Of a DNA stretch of 64,000 bases, positions 9,738 to 20,014 are shown piece after piece (position 1 is the first letter of the stretch; each line of letters begins with the position of its first letter). A model generated the notes under the pieces. That model had not been told where the DNA came from and searched no databases. It worked only from the letters and a program-made list of their open reading frames with translations. The position numbers were made by a program, and so were the translations under genes. This DNA comes from Candidatus Latescibacterota bacterium (GTDB lineage: Bacteria > Latescibacterota > UBA2968 > UBA8231): assembly GCA_963422735.1 (NCBI GenBank), contig OY730476.1:3904001-3968000 (forward strand). Direction: 5' to 3'.

Positions 9738-10493
9738 CTACTCGGAAGGCAAGGGCAATGCAGCGGGTGCGGGACTCGTGAAGATCGAGCGCGGCAGTTC
9801 GTCGAAGACCGCCACGTCGGTGTGCTGGCGCTCGCCGCGACCGTCGGAGAGCAAAATGGATCCGTGGCGTTGCCAGTTGGTCCAAGGGCCGGTAAAGCGC
9901 GGTTCGGCGTCAGCGGCCTCGCGGTAGAATGCCCATTGGGTCACTAACCGCGATTCTTGGTCGATCCAGACCGCGTATTTGTTCTGCGGAGTGACGCCGA
10001 CATCTTTGAACGTGAGTTCCAGCACTTCGGCTGGCCGGCCGTCTTCGGTGGCTTCTAAACCCCGGTAGCGCAGGGTGACGCCGGTGTCCTTGAGCTTGTA
10101 GGGCATGACTAGCCAGTACGAATCGTTGATATAGGCTCGATAGCCGTGGTCGAGTTTGGCTGCGAGAGTGTCGGGGTCGCTTATCTTCGCACCAGCGGCG
10201 AAGGCGCGGCCCTCTTTGCTGTGGATATTCATCAGTACCGTCAGATCGCCTTGCTCAAAGCGGATGTTCCCAGTCCACTTGTCCCACACGTGTAAGCGAA
10301 AACCGAAAAAGCGCCAAGTGATGTAGCGAGTGGCGTCCCAGTTGGCGCGCCCGCCCATCGCGGCCATGACTTCGTCGGCTAGGGCTATGGCTTTGGGATC
10401 GGAACCGATGGCGTTGAAGCCGGGGGCTGCGGGATTGTCGGCAGCATGAGCCGGGCCGATGCAAAAGAAAAAGGCTAAGAGTAAGTGGGGCAT
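9738..10493 (-). CDS. Exported hypothetical protein (LolA-like fold possible)
   Basis: Signal peptide ending AHA; AMGG..NWD, YINDSYWLVMPYKL, GVTPQNKY motifs. Confidence 0.7.
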   Translation of the reverse strand: MPHLLLAFFFCIGPAHAADNPAAPGFNAIGSDPKAIALADEVMAAMGGRANWDATRYITWRFFGFRLHVWDKWTGNIRFEQGDLTVLMNIHSKEGRAFAAGAKISDPDTLAAKLDHGYRAYINDSYWLVMPYKLKDTGVTLRYRGLEATEDGRPAEVLELTFKDVGVTPQNKYAVWIDQESRLVTQWAFYREAADAEPRFTGPWTNWQRHGSILLSDGRGERQHTDVAVFDELPRSIFTSPAPAALPLPSE

Positions 10494-10559
10494 GGGAATC
10501 CTTGCGGCTGCGGTGGTCGGAGCTAAAGACTCGGTGCTGAATGCTTGCAAACAAGCTCA

Positions 10560-12383
10560 TTAGGAATGGTCAGATAAAACATCAGGTAACAATTTCTCTA
10601 ACTCGGCCAATGGGGCCTCCAAGGTCTGGATGGCCTCGGTCCAGAACTGGATGTCTTCGAGGTCGCGGCCCAAGGCCCGGCGGGCCACGCCCTCGGCGGT
10701 GTCGCTGCCGGTGAGGCGGAGGAATTCCTCGTAGCGGGGTAGAAAGTCGCTGCCCTCTTGTTTAAACATTGAATACAGGCCGCGGCTGAGTAGGAAGCCA
10801 AAAGTGTAAGGGAAGTTGTAGAAGGTCACGTCGGTGATATAGAAGTGCAGCTTCGAGGCCCAGAAGTAGGGGTCTTCTCCTCCCTGTGCAAGCACATCGC
10901 CAAAGACTTCGCGCTGGGTTTCGACCATCAGCTCTTTGAGGCGACTGACCGTGAGTTCGCCGTCGGCGCGTTCTTCGTAGAGCTTTTTTTCGAACTGGTA
11001 GCGCACGGGTATATCCAGCAAGAAGATCGCGCCGTGGCCGATTTCTTGGTCGAGGGCACTGGCTTTTTGGGCCGGGCTGAAGGAAGGATCGGCGAGGATG
11101 CCCTCGGTGAGGATCATTTCGCCGAAGGTAGAGGCCGACTCGGCCAGAGTCATCGGGTAGAAGTGGGCGTAGGTGCGCATGTCGCGCATGATATAGCTGT
11201 GGAAGGCGTGGCCGACCTCGTGGGCAAGCGTGAGCACATCGCCGAGGGTGTCGTTGTAGGTCATATAGACGCGGGACTCGCGGGTCAACAGCGAACCCGT
11301 GCAGAAGGCACCGGGCCGCTTGCCGGGGCGGGGCGCGTGCTCAATCCATTGGCGTGTGCAGACTTGGCCGAGGAATTCGCCTAGGCGTGGGTAGGCTGCC
11401 GCAAAGGAGCGGGAGACGATATTCTTGGCCTCTTCCCAAGAAAGCTGCCCTTGGTTGGGTAGCGGCAGTGGCGCGCCCAGATCGTACCAAGCTACGCCCT
11501 CGATACCCATGAGCTGCGACTTGAGGGCAAGGATGCGTCGGGGCAGCTCGATTTGCTCGGCGATAGCCGCAAACATCGCGTCGAGGGTCTTGGGCGAAAT
11601 AGACGCTTGGAAGAGCGCGACATCGAGAAAGTGGCCAACGCCGCGGTACTGGTTGAGGGTCAGCCGCGTCCCCGAGATGGCGTTGAGCGCGGCACAGGCG
11701 ACGTCTTCGAGGCTCTCCCAGGCCCGGTTGCCGCCATCGAAGGCGGCTTGGCGGACCCGGCGGTCGGGATCTTCCATCAGGGCGCGGCGCTGCGAGATGG
11801 GGCGACACTCGGTGCGGCCGTCGGGAAACGTCATGTCGAATTCGAGCTTACCGGAGATCGAGTCGTAGAGGCGTCCCCAAGCGTGGAGACCGTCGACGCT
11901 GAGGTCGGCAGAGAGCATCTCCTTCTCCGGACTCATGGTGCGCTGCGCGTCTTCGCGCTGGCGGCGGAGGAAGTGGATGCAGTCGGCCAAGGCGAGCCGT
12001 TGGGCGAACTTGGCAAAAATTTCATCCGAGACATCTTTGAGCGCACGCAGGAGTTCGATATCGAGCTTTGCGCTCTCGGCCGCTAGCAGGGCAAAGGCCG
12101 CCTCCTCGCGGGCGTAGTCTTCATTGCGGGCGTCCGTCGCGGTGAGGCAACCGAGGTAGGAACCTAGATGAGAGAGGCGGTCGGTCAGGCCCTCCGTCAG
12201 GAGGAATATGGCCTCCCAAGCATCGGCATTGTCCTCGGTAAGCGGTGCTAGGGCGGCGGCTTGCTGACGTGCCGCCGCAAGATCTTTTTGCAGTTCATCC
12301 TTGAATTGCTGCATGGCTGGGCTATCAAATTCGGCGAAATAGCTAGTCAGATCCCAGTCCATGGCTGTCGGGGTATTGGTCAT
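10560..12383 (-). CDS. pepF: M3 family oligoendopeptidase F
   Basis: WDL start, GKRPGAFC, TLAHEVGHAFH zinc motif, AESASTFGE, FYNFPYTFG. Confidence 0.92.
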   Translation of the reverse strand: MTNTPTAMDWDLTSYFAEFDSPAMQQFKDELQKDLAAARQQAAALAPLTEDNADAWEAIFLLTEGLTDRLSHLGSYLGCLTATDARNEDYAREEAAFALLAAESAKLDIELLRALKDVSDEIFAKFAQRLALADCIHFLRRQREDAQRTMSPEKEMLSADLSVDGLHAWGRLYDSISGKLEFDMTFPDGRTECRPISQRRALMEDPDRRVRQAAFDGGNRAWESLEDVACAALNAISGTRLTLNQYRGVGHFLDVALFQASISPKTLDAMFAAIAEQIELPRRILALKSQLMGIEGVAWYDLGAPLPLPNQGQLSWEEAKNIVSRSFAAAYPRLGEFLGQVCTRQWIEHAPRPGKRPGAFCTGSLLTRESRVYMTYNDTLGDVLTLAHEVGHAFHSYIMRDMRTYAHFYPMTLAESASTFGEMILTEGILADPSFSPAQKASALDQEIGHGAIFLLDIPVRYQFEKKLYEERADGELTVSRLKELMVETQREVFGDVLAQGGEDPYFWASKLHFYITDVTFYNFPYTFGFLLSRGLYSMFKQEGSDFLPRYEEFLRLTGSDTAEGVARRALGRDLEDIQFWTEAIQTLEAPLAELEKLLPDVLSDHS

Positions 12384-12639
12384 GGGGCGTTTTCCTTGCT
12401 GTGATGTAAGTGCCGGATAAAAATAACAGTCCCCTCTGGCACAAAGGCAAATTGGTCCCTAAACGATGGCCTCTCTATATTGGCCGCTTCTATCTCGTCC
12501 ACTTATTTGCAGAGGTCCGCGATGCTCAAGTGCTCAACTTCCCTGTAGTCGGCCGACTTAGCTAATCTCGCGGCTGATATCCGGCGCGTCGGGGCTTCCA
12601 CCTCGACGTGGCCGATGGCCATTATGCGCCGACGATGCT

Positions 12640-13021
12640 GTTTTTTCCAGAGCTGGTGGCGGCAACCAGTGCCGGATCGCTTGGTGTGGTCCGGGGCGCG
12701 AAGCGGACCAGCGGTTGGCCGTTCTTGCCAATGAGGAATTTCTCGAAGTTCCAAGAGATGTCGCCGAGCGAGATAGGCATAGAGCGGATGACGGTCGGGG
12801 CCGTTGACCTCTATCTTGCCAAAGAGCAGAAACGGGTCTGACAGAAGTCGAGAATTTGCTCCTCGTTGCCCCCGAACTGGTTGCAGGGAAAGCCGAGGAC
12901 CACTAAGCCCTTGGCGATGCAGTGGGCGTATTGCGGGGTCAGGCCGCACTCGCCGAGAAGTGCCTTCGTCGGCATCCTGGCCGCGAATGGTTGGGGCCGT
13001 GAAGTCGTGGACGCTACTCAT
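12640..13021 (-). pseudogene. Glutathione peroxidase, multiple deletions/frameshifts
   Basis: [54 protein letters not shown] pieces in different frames. Confidence 0.85.
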
Positions 13022-13169
13022 ATTTCTCTCCTTGTAATTCGACGGTTCGGTTGAAGTTGAGTTAAACTCTAATATTGCCGCTCGCCTAGCTGCGTTCAAT
13101 GCCCGGTACATATCCGATGCATCTTGCCTATCTTTTCATGCCCACCTAACACAAGCAGAGAAAGAGATT

Positions 13170-13982
13170 ATGACCGACCGACCGACCATCGAAATTTACT
13201 CAATCGGCACCGAACTTTTAAACGGACAGATCCAAGACACCAACTCTTTCTGGATGGCGCAGCAGATTGCGGCACTCGGCGGCTATGTGCGGCGGATCGC
13301 AATCCTCGACGATGATATGGACGAGTTGACCGGCGTACTCAAAGACGCTTGTCAGCGCGGAACCCGAGTGGTGATCACCACTGGGGGACTTGGGCCGACG
13401 CCCGACGACATGACGGTCGAGGCCATCGCCAAGATCATGGGGGTAGGCATGGAAGTCGATGAAACCTTGGTCAAACACTATATGGAAAGCCGCGGCATCG
13501 AAAAGCGCGCTGACGTCAGCGAAGGGCTGGTCAAGATGGCGACCAAACCGGCAGGTACTTGGGCCCATCCCAACCCGGCGGGCGTGGCGCCCTGCGTGGA
13601 GTCGCAGGTCGGCACGACCACGATTTACAGCCTACCCGGTCCGCCGCGTGAGGTCGAAGCGCTGTTCCGCCAGTCGGTAGAGGATGCCTTGGCCAGGATA
13701 TACGACGATGTGCGGCTCTCGTTGCGGGTCGTCGTCAACCTACCCGAATCGCAGTGCGGCCCGATCCTGCACAGTGTGATGAGCCAATGTCCCAATACCT
13801 ACCTCAAGGCCTTCGTCGCGTTGAGCGAGCGCACTGCCGACGGTCAGCGGCTGCCGGTGGATATCGTCGCTTGGGGCAAGGAGGTTGAGGAGGCGCAGGC
13901 CCTGCTCGACAAGGCTTTGGCGGAGTTTAAAGCTCAGGCGTACGAGAAGGGCAGCGAGGTCGAGATCCGCGACGAGCAATAA
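13170..13982 (+). CDS. CinA-like molybdopterin-binding domain protein
   Basis: IGTELLNGQIQDTNS, TTGGLGPTPDDMT, LPGPPRE. Confidence 0.88.
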   Translation: MTDRPTIEIYSIGTELLNGQIQDTNSFWMAQQIAALGGYVRRIAILDDDMDELTGVLKDACQRGTRVVITTGGLGPTPDDMTVEAIAKIMGVGMEVDETLVKHYMESRGIEKRADVSEGLVKMATKPAGTWAHPNPAGVAPCVESQVGTTTIYSLPGPPREVEALFRQSVEDALARIYDDVRLSLRVVVNLPESQCGPILHSVMSQCPNTYLKAFVALSERTADGQRLPVDIVAWGKEVEEAQALLDKALAEFKAQAYEKGSEVEIRDEQ

Positions 13983-14044
13983 GTACGCTAAGTACCAACG
14001 GCAATGACAGCCTAGCGGTCCCGGTCAATGTGCGGCACGCTTGC

Positions 14045-14455
14045 TTATTCACCGTTGCCACCGAGTGCAGCCCGTTCGTCCTTTGATAATCCATAGAACT
14101 CGAATACAGTCGCATTGCAGGCAGCAATGTTGCGGCTATTGGCAGTGGTCAGTGGTCAGTGGTCAGGGGTCAGGGGTGTTGCATTGCAGGCAGCAATGTT
14201 GCGGCTATTAGCAGCTTCCCCCAGAGCATTGTTGAGTTTTTCATCCGCGTCCTGCCAGTAAGGCAATCGAATACGGCGCAGATATTGCGCCTGAAATCGC
14301 AAGTAGCCGCCGCGCATCCGGGTCGAATAGATCGACACAAGCCCCGATAGCAGCACTGCTTGCAGCGCGTACAAACCCCATTCATCGCTCGTGATAAAAT
14401 AAAGATTGCGGTGCGGGTAAAGCTTGCCGCATTCATAGACGATATGGGCTTGCCA
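14045..14455 (-). pseudogene. C-terminal fragment of a PaeR7I/Eco57I-like adenine methyltransferase, interrupted by a repeat insertion
   Basis: [24 protein letters not shown]...[19 protein letters not shown]...ACNATVFEFYGLSKDERAALGGNGE*. Confidence 0.75.
14112..14214. repeat. 34 bp direct duplication flanking a heptamer tandem array
   Basis: GCATTGCAGGCAGCAATGTTGCGGCTATT(G/A)GCAG at 14112 and 14181, separated by (CAGTGGT)3(CAGGGGT)2. Confidence 0.9.
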
Positions 14456-14499
14456 TTCTGAGGCTGCCTCCCCTTTTACCAATGCTGTCAATCGCAACA

Positions 14500-14951
14500 G
14501 GTTCGACATGATTTATTCCCAAGTGCTCATGGAGCCGTGGACGATTTATACAGCGTGTACCGAAGCATGGAGAAATGGCTGAAGCCGGCATGCGATTGAT
14601 TTCAGTTCGCATGGACTTGCCGCAGAGTGGAACGGGCACTAGGCCTATGGCGATCTAGCTTGGAAACTGATCCGGGGCAACCGGATATACCTATTGAACC
14701 GGGAGCATCGGTCAACGCACCTGGCTTTGCTGGAGGAATGCGGCTTTGAAATCCGATGCTTGGTGGACACGAAGAGAGAATCGTTTATCGGGCGGAACGA
14801 GCTCGCATATAGGTTCCAGGACATGTCCGAAGACGATCTGACGACCAGCGGCGCGTTCATTCAGGCATCAAAGCGCAGAGACACCGGAAGCTTGACAATG
14901 GACGCCTCTAGGGCGGATGCCGGGACGCGATTTGATGATCGGCATGTCTAA
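14500..14951 (+). pseudogene. C-terminal fragment of a class I SAM methyltransferase-like protein
   Basis: HAIDFSSHGLAAEWNGH*AYGDLAWKLIRGNRIYLLNREH; in-frame TAG at 14640. Confidence 0.55.
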
Positions 14952-15089
14952 GGAACGCGGCCCTGCGCCAGGCGGGCTGGACCAGACGAAACCCTTCATT
15001 GACCGGTTTGTTCTGGCCTCGCACCGGCGTGCGGATCGGCAGACGCTGTCCCCTTTCTACTACCTTATACTGACATCCTTCTACTAAGT

Positions 15090-15920
15090 TTAGCCTGAAG
15101 ACGCCCGCGCCGCGCTTAGTGCGTCGTAGCAAAACTGCGCTGTGCTCCAAGCGTCGTACCCGTCTACGTTCCATATCTGACCGGTGACCTCTGGGCAGAG
15201 GTACTGGTCCCAACCGGCGGCTTGCATGGCCTTGCAGTAAGCCCTCATGTCCAGCTTGCCGCTGCCGGGCAGGAGATAGCGGACCCGTCCGTCCTCGTCG
15301 AGATAGCCGTCCTTGATGTGATTGTGGACCGAGTACTGGAGATTCAGGTCAAGCGAGTGCTGCAAGTCGATGCCCTCGACCCAGAAGTGGCTGTAGTCGA
15401 AGTTGAGGCCGAGGTGCGGGTGGTTGGTTTGCTGCATGAGCCAAGCGGCTTTTTCTGGCGTCTCAAAGTCGTCGCCGGCATGCGGCTCGATGGCGACGGT
15501 GACGTCGTATTCGGCAGCCATATCGGCCACCTCGAGTACCAGCCCGACGATGCGCTCCTTGCCGGTCTCCCAAGCGGGTTTGGGATGGCCGAGGGTGGTG
15601 CTGACGACCATAGGGCGGTCGTCGAGCCGAAGTGCGCGGCCCAGCTCAAAGGTCGCCCTAAACTGCGCGAGTGCGGCTGCGCGTCCCTCGCCTTCGACGC
15701 AGGGCGAGAGCAGGGCCATCAATGCCGGGGTCGGGAAGCCGAGCTGGCCGAAGAGGTCGGCGAGTTTTCTGCGTGCGGCCGCGTCCATGTTGGCCGGCTC
15801 GGTTGGCCAGCCGGGGGTGACGGCGATTTCCATGCCCTCGTAGCCCATGTTCGCAAGGCGCGGCAGGGCCCCAAAGACGTCGAGTTGCTTCATTCCATAG
15901 GTGCTGTAGTAGAGTTTCAT
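15090..15920 (-). CDS. Sugar phosphate isomerase/epimerase (xylose-isomerase-like TIM barrel)
   Basis: GYEGMEI, AIEPH, NFDYSH, HIKD motifs; GGAGG RBS before MKLYYSTYG. Confidence 0.88.
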   Translation of the reverse strand: MKLYYSTYGMKQLDVFGALPRLANMGYEGMEIAVTPGWPTEPANMDAAARRKLADLFGQLGFPTPALMALLSPCVEGEGRAAALAQFRATFELGRALRLDDRPMVVSTTLGHPKPAWETGKERIVGLVLEVADMAAEYDVTVAIEPHAGDDFETPEKAAWLMQQTNHPHLGLNFDYSHFWVEGIDLQHSLDLNLQYSVHNHIKDGYLDEDGRVRYLLPGSGKLDMRAYCKAMQAAGWDQYLCPEVTGQIWNVDGYDAWSTAQFCYDALSAARASSG

Positions 15921-16511
15921 GCGGTGGCAACCTCCTGTTGTGCGCCCATGCGCTCGCGCTCGGCGATGAGCAAGTTGATCCAGTGTTTCACATAGTGCCC
16001 GTGATCGTGCCAAGTGCGGCCGCTGATGAGGTTGCCATCAACGACGCAGGGCGCGTTTATAAAGGTGCCGCCGCAGACTTCGAGGTCGAATTGGCACTTG
16101 GGCACGGTGGCCATGCGTCGCCCCTTGACGCAATCGGCGCGGGCGGGGATTTCAACGCCGTGGCAGACGCAGCCTACGGGCTTGTCGCGGTCAAAAAAGT
16201 AGCGGGTAATGCGAATCAAGTCCGGGTCGTCGCGGATGTATTCTGGGGCGCGCCCCAGAGAAAAAGATCCCCGCGTACTCTGCGGGCACGACGTGGCGGA
16301 AGGCGATGTCCGCTTGGATGGTATAGCCCTCAGATTCGCGGGTGATGTCCCAGCCTGCCGCAGGGACCTCGTGCAGAACCATGTTATAGCGGCGGGCTTC
16401 CGGCCCGGCGACCACGGGTGCGAATCCCTCTTCTTGGACGCGCAGGTAGGGATAGAGCGTATCGACGGTTTCGGTGGCATCGCCGACGATGATGAGGACT
16501 TTGGCGGTCAC
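15917..16511 (-). pseudogene. DJ-1/PfpI family protein with a single frameshift near 16250
   Basis: KVLIIVGDATE...GIFFSG / RAPEYIR...CVCHG...VVDGNLISGRTWHD in two frames. Confidence 0.82.
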
Positions 16512-16610
16512 TGCATTCTCCCTTGGACGATATGGGCTGGTAGGATACATTTTTCGCGCCGGAAAAACTAACGTGCCATATTGGGCACAGCAAGATGTAA
16601 GGAGGTTATC

Positions 16611-17462
16611 GTGAAATACCGCCGCTTAGGACAGACGGACATGGAGTTGAGCACAATTGGCTTAGGCGGACTGTTGGCCCGCTACGAGGGGGCCAACGGC
16701 CATCCGCCGCCGGCGGAGAAGCGCCGGATTTACCTGCGGGCCGCCGAGCTGGGCATCAATCTCTTCGACATGGGCTACGGCGACGAGGTCCACATCCCCG
16801 ATGAGCTGAAAGGCCCGCGGGACGACCACTTCTTTTCGCTCAAGGTGGGTGCGCCCGCAGCCGCTGAGGTGGAGGGGACTATCGACAAGCACCTCGCCAA
16901 TGTGCGCCGCGAGGCCATCGACATTTTGCGGGTACACCACTATGCCTATCTGCAAAACGAGGGCTTGGCCGAGCGCATCGCCGAGTGTAAGGCCAAAGGC
17001 AAAGTGCGCGCTTTGTGCTTGATTCGGCACATGCTGGCCGACCAACAAGCCTATGCCGAGCGCGGCCCTGAACCCGCAGCGGACGCCGATTTGGTCATCT
17101 ACAACTACGTCTGTCGCTGGCAGGCCCCGGGCATTGCGGCGTCGGCCCGGGCCGGCAAGGGCGTGCTGATTATGAAGGCCTTGGGCGGCCAGTGGCTTAG
17201 CTGGGCCGACAAGACGCAGACCGACTGGTCGGCGGAGACGGAGGCCACAGTCGAGAGGCTTTCGCCACGGGGCGTGGGCATTCGCGGAGAGTTACCGCTG
17301 GTCTATCCGATTGTCTCAGGCCCTTGGCACGAACTGGCCGAGCCGGGCGAGCCGGTGCCGCGCACCGAGCGGGCAATACAGTGGGTGCTGGCGACCGAGG
17401 GGGTACATTGCACTTTGGTGGCCTTTGCCAGCGTCGAGGAATTAGAGGAAGGGTTGGGGTGA
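16611..17462 (+). CDS. Aldo/keto reductase family protein
   Basis: YRRLGQTDMELSTIGLGG, GINLFD, IMKALGG; AAGGAGG RBS. Confidence 0.82.
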   Translation: MKYRRLGQTDMELSTIGLGGLLARYEGANGHPPPAEKRRIYLRAAELGINLFDMGYGDEVHIPDELKGPRDDHFFSLKVGAPAAAEVEGTIDKHLANVRREAIDILRVHHYAYLQNEGLAERIAECKAKGKVRALCLIRHMLADQQAYAERGPEPAADADLVIYNYVCRWQAPGIAASARAGKGVLIMKALGGQWLSWADKTQTDWSAETEATVERLSPRGVGIRGELPLVYPIVSGPWHELAEPGEPVPRTERAIQWVLATEGVHCTLVAFASVEELEEGLG

Positions 17463-17486
17463 TGGAGGCAAGCGCCGTCAAGTAGG

Positions 17487-17735
17487 AACTGACGTTACGC
17501 AGCTTCTGGCTGCCCGTACATCGTCATTCCCGCGGACGCGGTTCGGCAGTTTTAACGATACGGCTTGCAGCCCCGACCTACTGGGTCGGCATCTGGGCCG
17601 GGGCCTCTTGCCGGCGGGCGGTTGGTCGGTTTCATGCCGGCGATAGGGGGGGCTGGATGCCTGCTTGTCACGCCTTGCGGCGCGGTGAAGCGCAGGCATG
17701 ACAGAGAGGCCGCGTCGGACTTGCATGATGACGGT
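17487..17735. mobile_element. MITE-like repeat element (CTGACGTTACGCAG terminus), degenerate
   Basis: Left end matches 21831 and 29164; internal GTCACGCC...GGCGCGGTGAAGC shared with 29232 and 33755; right end uncertain. Confidence 0.5.
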
Positions 17736-17749
17736 TTTCGTTAGGGCTC

Positions 17750-20014
17750 TTAGTAGGCCACGGAAACGACCTGGCTGACCCGCTCAGTGCGTGCGTCTCC
17801 CCTGACCTCGACGCGCAAGACATAGTTCCCTGGTGCTACCAGACCGCCGGCGTGGTCGCGTCCGTCCCATTCTATGGCCACTCGTCCGGCCACCTGTTCC
17901 TCTTCGCTTAAAAGATGCACCCGCCGCCCGGTCAGGTCGAAAACGGCCACTCGCACTGTGCGCGGGTCCAGTACTTTGAGCAGATTGAATTCGAGTGCGA
18001 GCCGGTCGCCAATGCCGTCGCCATTGGGAGTTAGGACCTCGGTCGAGATTGTCAGGTCTCCGAGCAGATCCGGGTCCGCGGGCAGGGCTACGGACACGGT
18101 CTCGCTCGCCACGGCCTCGCTGGCATTCCCCGCGTCAACCTGCTGCACCTCGCCCTCCAGATTGCTGTTGAAGAGCAAAGCGTCAAAACGAGTCTGGTTG
18201 AGGTAGAGCGTACTCTCGAAATCAATCTCCAAAAGCCCCGAGCGTCGCACGACGCGATCGAGGACGAGCAGGGTCCCATCTTCCCGCTCCTCGACTTGGA
18301 CTGTGGCCTCTGCCCCATTGATGCGCAAGATTCTGAAGCGCACGGCGGCCGACGAACTCAGCAGGATTTGGTCGAATCCTCGGTTGGCCGCCGTCGCGGT
18401 TGAGCGGAGGAAATAGGTGAAATTTTGGGGCGTACCTGGCTCGACCTCGGCCGGGTAGATTTCCGCCTGCGTCTGTTGCGCTAGCGGCGGGTGGAAGTGC
18501 AAGACCAGCGTTTCCAGTGCTGGGGCACTAAACGGGTTTTCGCTCAAAAGCCGCACTTCGATTTGGGCGAACTGCCGCGGTCCCGGCGACAAAAAACCCT
18601 GACCGGGAACCTCGTAAACCGGACTCCAATTACTCCAATCTGAACCCACCGTGCGCACTGTGTCGATCAGTCCGCGAAATGAAGGAATGAGCTTGTTGTA
18701 TTTCCTTTCGGAGACTCCTTTGCCGTTCTTGTCGTAAAAAAAGTACTCTTCGGCGAGCAAATTGCCGGTGCGGCTGCGAATTTTTAGGCGAGTATCGGGC
18801 GGCACTTGGGCTTGCCAGTCGAGTGCTGAGACTGTCTTTTCCCCGCCCAAGTCGAAAATCGGCGAAAGTGCCGTCAAGGCGGCGGGAAACCCTTCGCCAA
18901 AGACTTGGAACTCCGCGGTCGTGCCCGAGAGCGCGCCAGAGGTCATGCCAAAGAGAAGCTGGATATAGCGCAGCTTAGTCGGGGAGAAGCGCTCCTCAAA
19001 GTGGACGATGTCGCGCTGGTTGCGCGGCGATTCGGGTAGTTCCCCCAGCGAGACCCAGCGCAGCGAACCATCTGGTGCCAGCGAGCCGTCCGACCCCGAC
19101 ATCTTGTACCACAGGTAGTTGATGGACCCAAAGCGGGTGCGGGCTTTCTCGCCGGTCGTCGGCAGTCCGGTGAAATCCCCCAACAACCGCACTCGATCGA
19201 CCCAAAAAAGTACGCCCAAGTCGAGGATGAAACGTCCCACCGGCTTCACCCCGCGCCCCTCCTTGCGACCCCAGTACGAGGTGATATCTCCGTCAATTAG
19301 GTTGCGGCTAATCAAGGGATTCTCGTAGCGCTCGTCCCGGCCCGAGCCGACTAGGCTATGCACCGCAATCTGACCACCGCGCTCTTGCGTCCCTAGGGAC
19401 AGATTGTCGCCCACGCTCTCTACCGATAGTTCGCTGAGCTGAGCACCAAGAGTCTTCCTATCGGCTTGGATGCGAATGTGCTTCAGGGGCTTGAGGCCAA
19501 AGTCGATCTCGATGACCCGATCTTGGTTAAAGCTGTACAGACGGCGGTCGTTGTAGCGCAGAGTCCCCTCAATGGCCACGCCAGCGTTGGTGAAGAAAGG
19601 CTCGCCGTCGGAGGTGAAAACCTTGAAGAATTCGAGTGGCTCGCCGCCTTCGGCAAAATGCAGGCGTATTGTGCGCGCTGAGACCACCCGGCCTAGATCG
19701 ACCTCTATCCACCAATCCTCCAGCGGCGCCTCGGCCGCGGGCGTCCAAGCCGTCTCCACATCTCCGTCGATTAGCCGGGCCGCACGATCCAGAGCCGTGC
19801 CCGCGTCGCGGATGCCGCCGCCAAAGGCCGCAGCGTTCTGCACCGCGTCGATATCTTGGCGCACGAACGCGGGCTTGAGTACGCTGTCGGCGATATCGGC
19901 TGCATCGCCGGGCAGGGTCCACCCGCTCCAGCCGCCCGGACCGCCAAGGCGCAGTTCCTCGGCTCCGAGGGCTTGGACGACGAGCAGGGCCGCACCCAGT
20001 ATCGACAAGTACAT
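17750..20014 (-). CDS. Large secreted protein with discoidin-like domains and a C-terminal FlgD Ig-like domain
   Basis: Signal peptide; LIDGD..T.W...IEVDLGR twice; TPNGDG...VFDLTGRRV...WDGRD..G..VAPGNY tail. Confidence 0.8.
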   Translation of the reverse strand: MYLSILGAALLVVQALGAEELRLGGPGGWSGWTLPGDAADIADSVLKPAFVRQDIDAVQNAAAFGGGIRDAGTALDRAARLIDGDVETAWTPAAEAPLEDWWIEVDLGRVVSARTIRLHFAEGGEPLEFFKVFTSDGEPFFTNAGVAIEGTLRYNDRRLYSFNQDRVIEIDFGLKPLKHIRIQADRKTLGAQLSELSVESVGDNLSLGTQERGGQIAVHSLVGSGRDERYENPLISRNLIDGDITSYWGRKEGRGVKPVGRFILDLGVLFWVDRVRLLGDFTGLPTTGEKARTRFGSINYLWYKMSGSDGSLAPDGSLRWVSLGELPESPRNQRDIVHFEERFSPTKLRYIQLLFGMTSGALSGTTAEFQVFGEGFPAALTALSPIFDLGGEKTVSALDWQAQVPPDTRLKIRSRTGNLLAEEYFFYDKNGKGVSERKYNKLIPSFRGLIDTVRTVGSDWSNWSPVYEVPGQGFLSPGPRQFAQIEVRLLSENPFSAPALETLVLHFHPPLAQQTQAEIYPAEVEPGTPQNFTYFLRSTATAANRGFDQILLSSSAAVRFRILRINGAEATVQVEEREDGTLLVLDRVVRRSGLLEIDFESTLYLNQTRFDALLFNSNLEGEVQQVDAGNASEAVASETVSVALPADPDLLGDLTISTEVLTPNGDGIGDRLALEFNLLKVLDPRTVRVAVFDLTGRRVHLLSEEEQVAGRVAIEWDGRDHAGGLVAPGNYVLRVEVRGDARTERVSQVVSVAY

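Noticed and set aside
12930-12960. Selenocysteine in the glutathione peroxidase
   Set aside because: The catalytic codon is TGC (ECGLTPQY)
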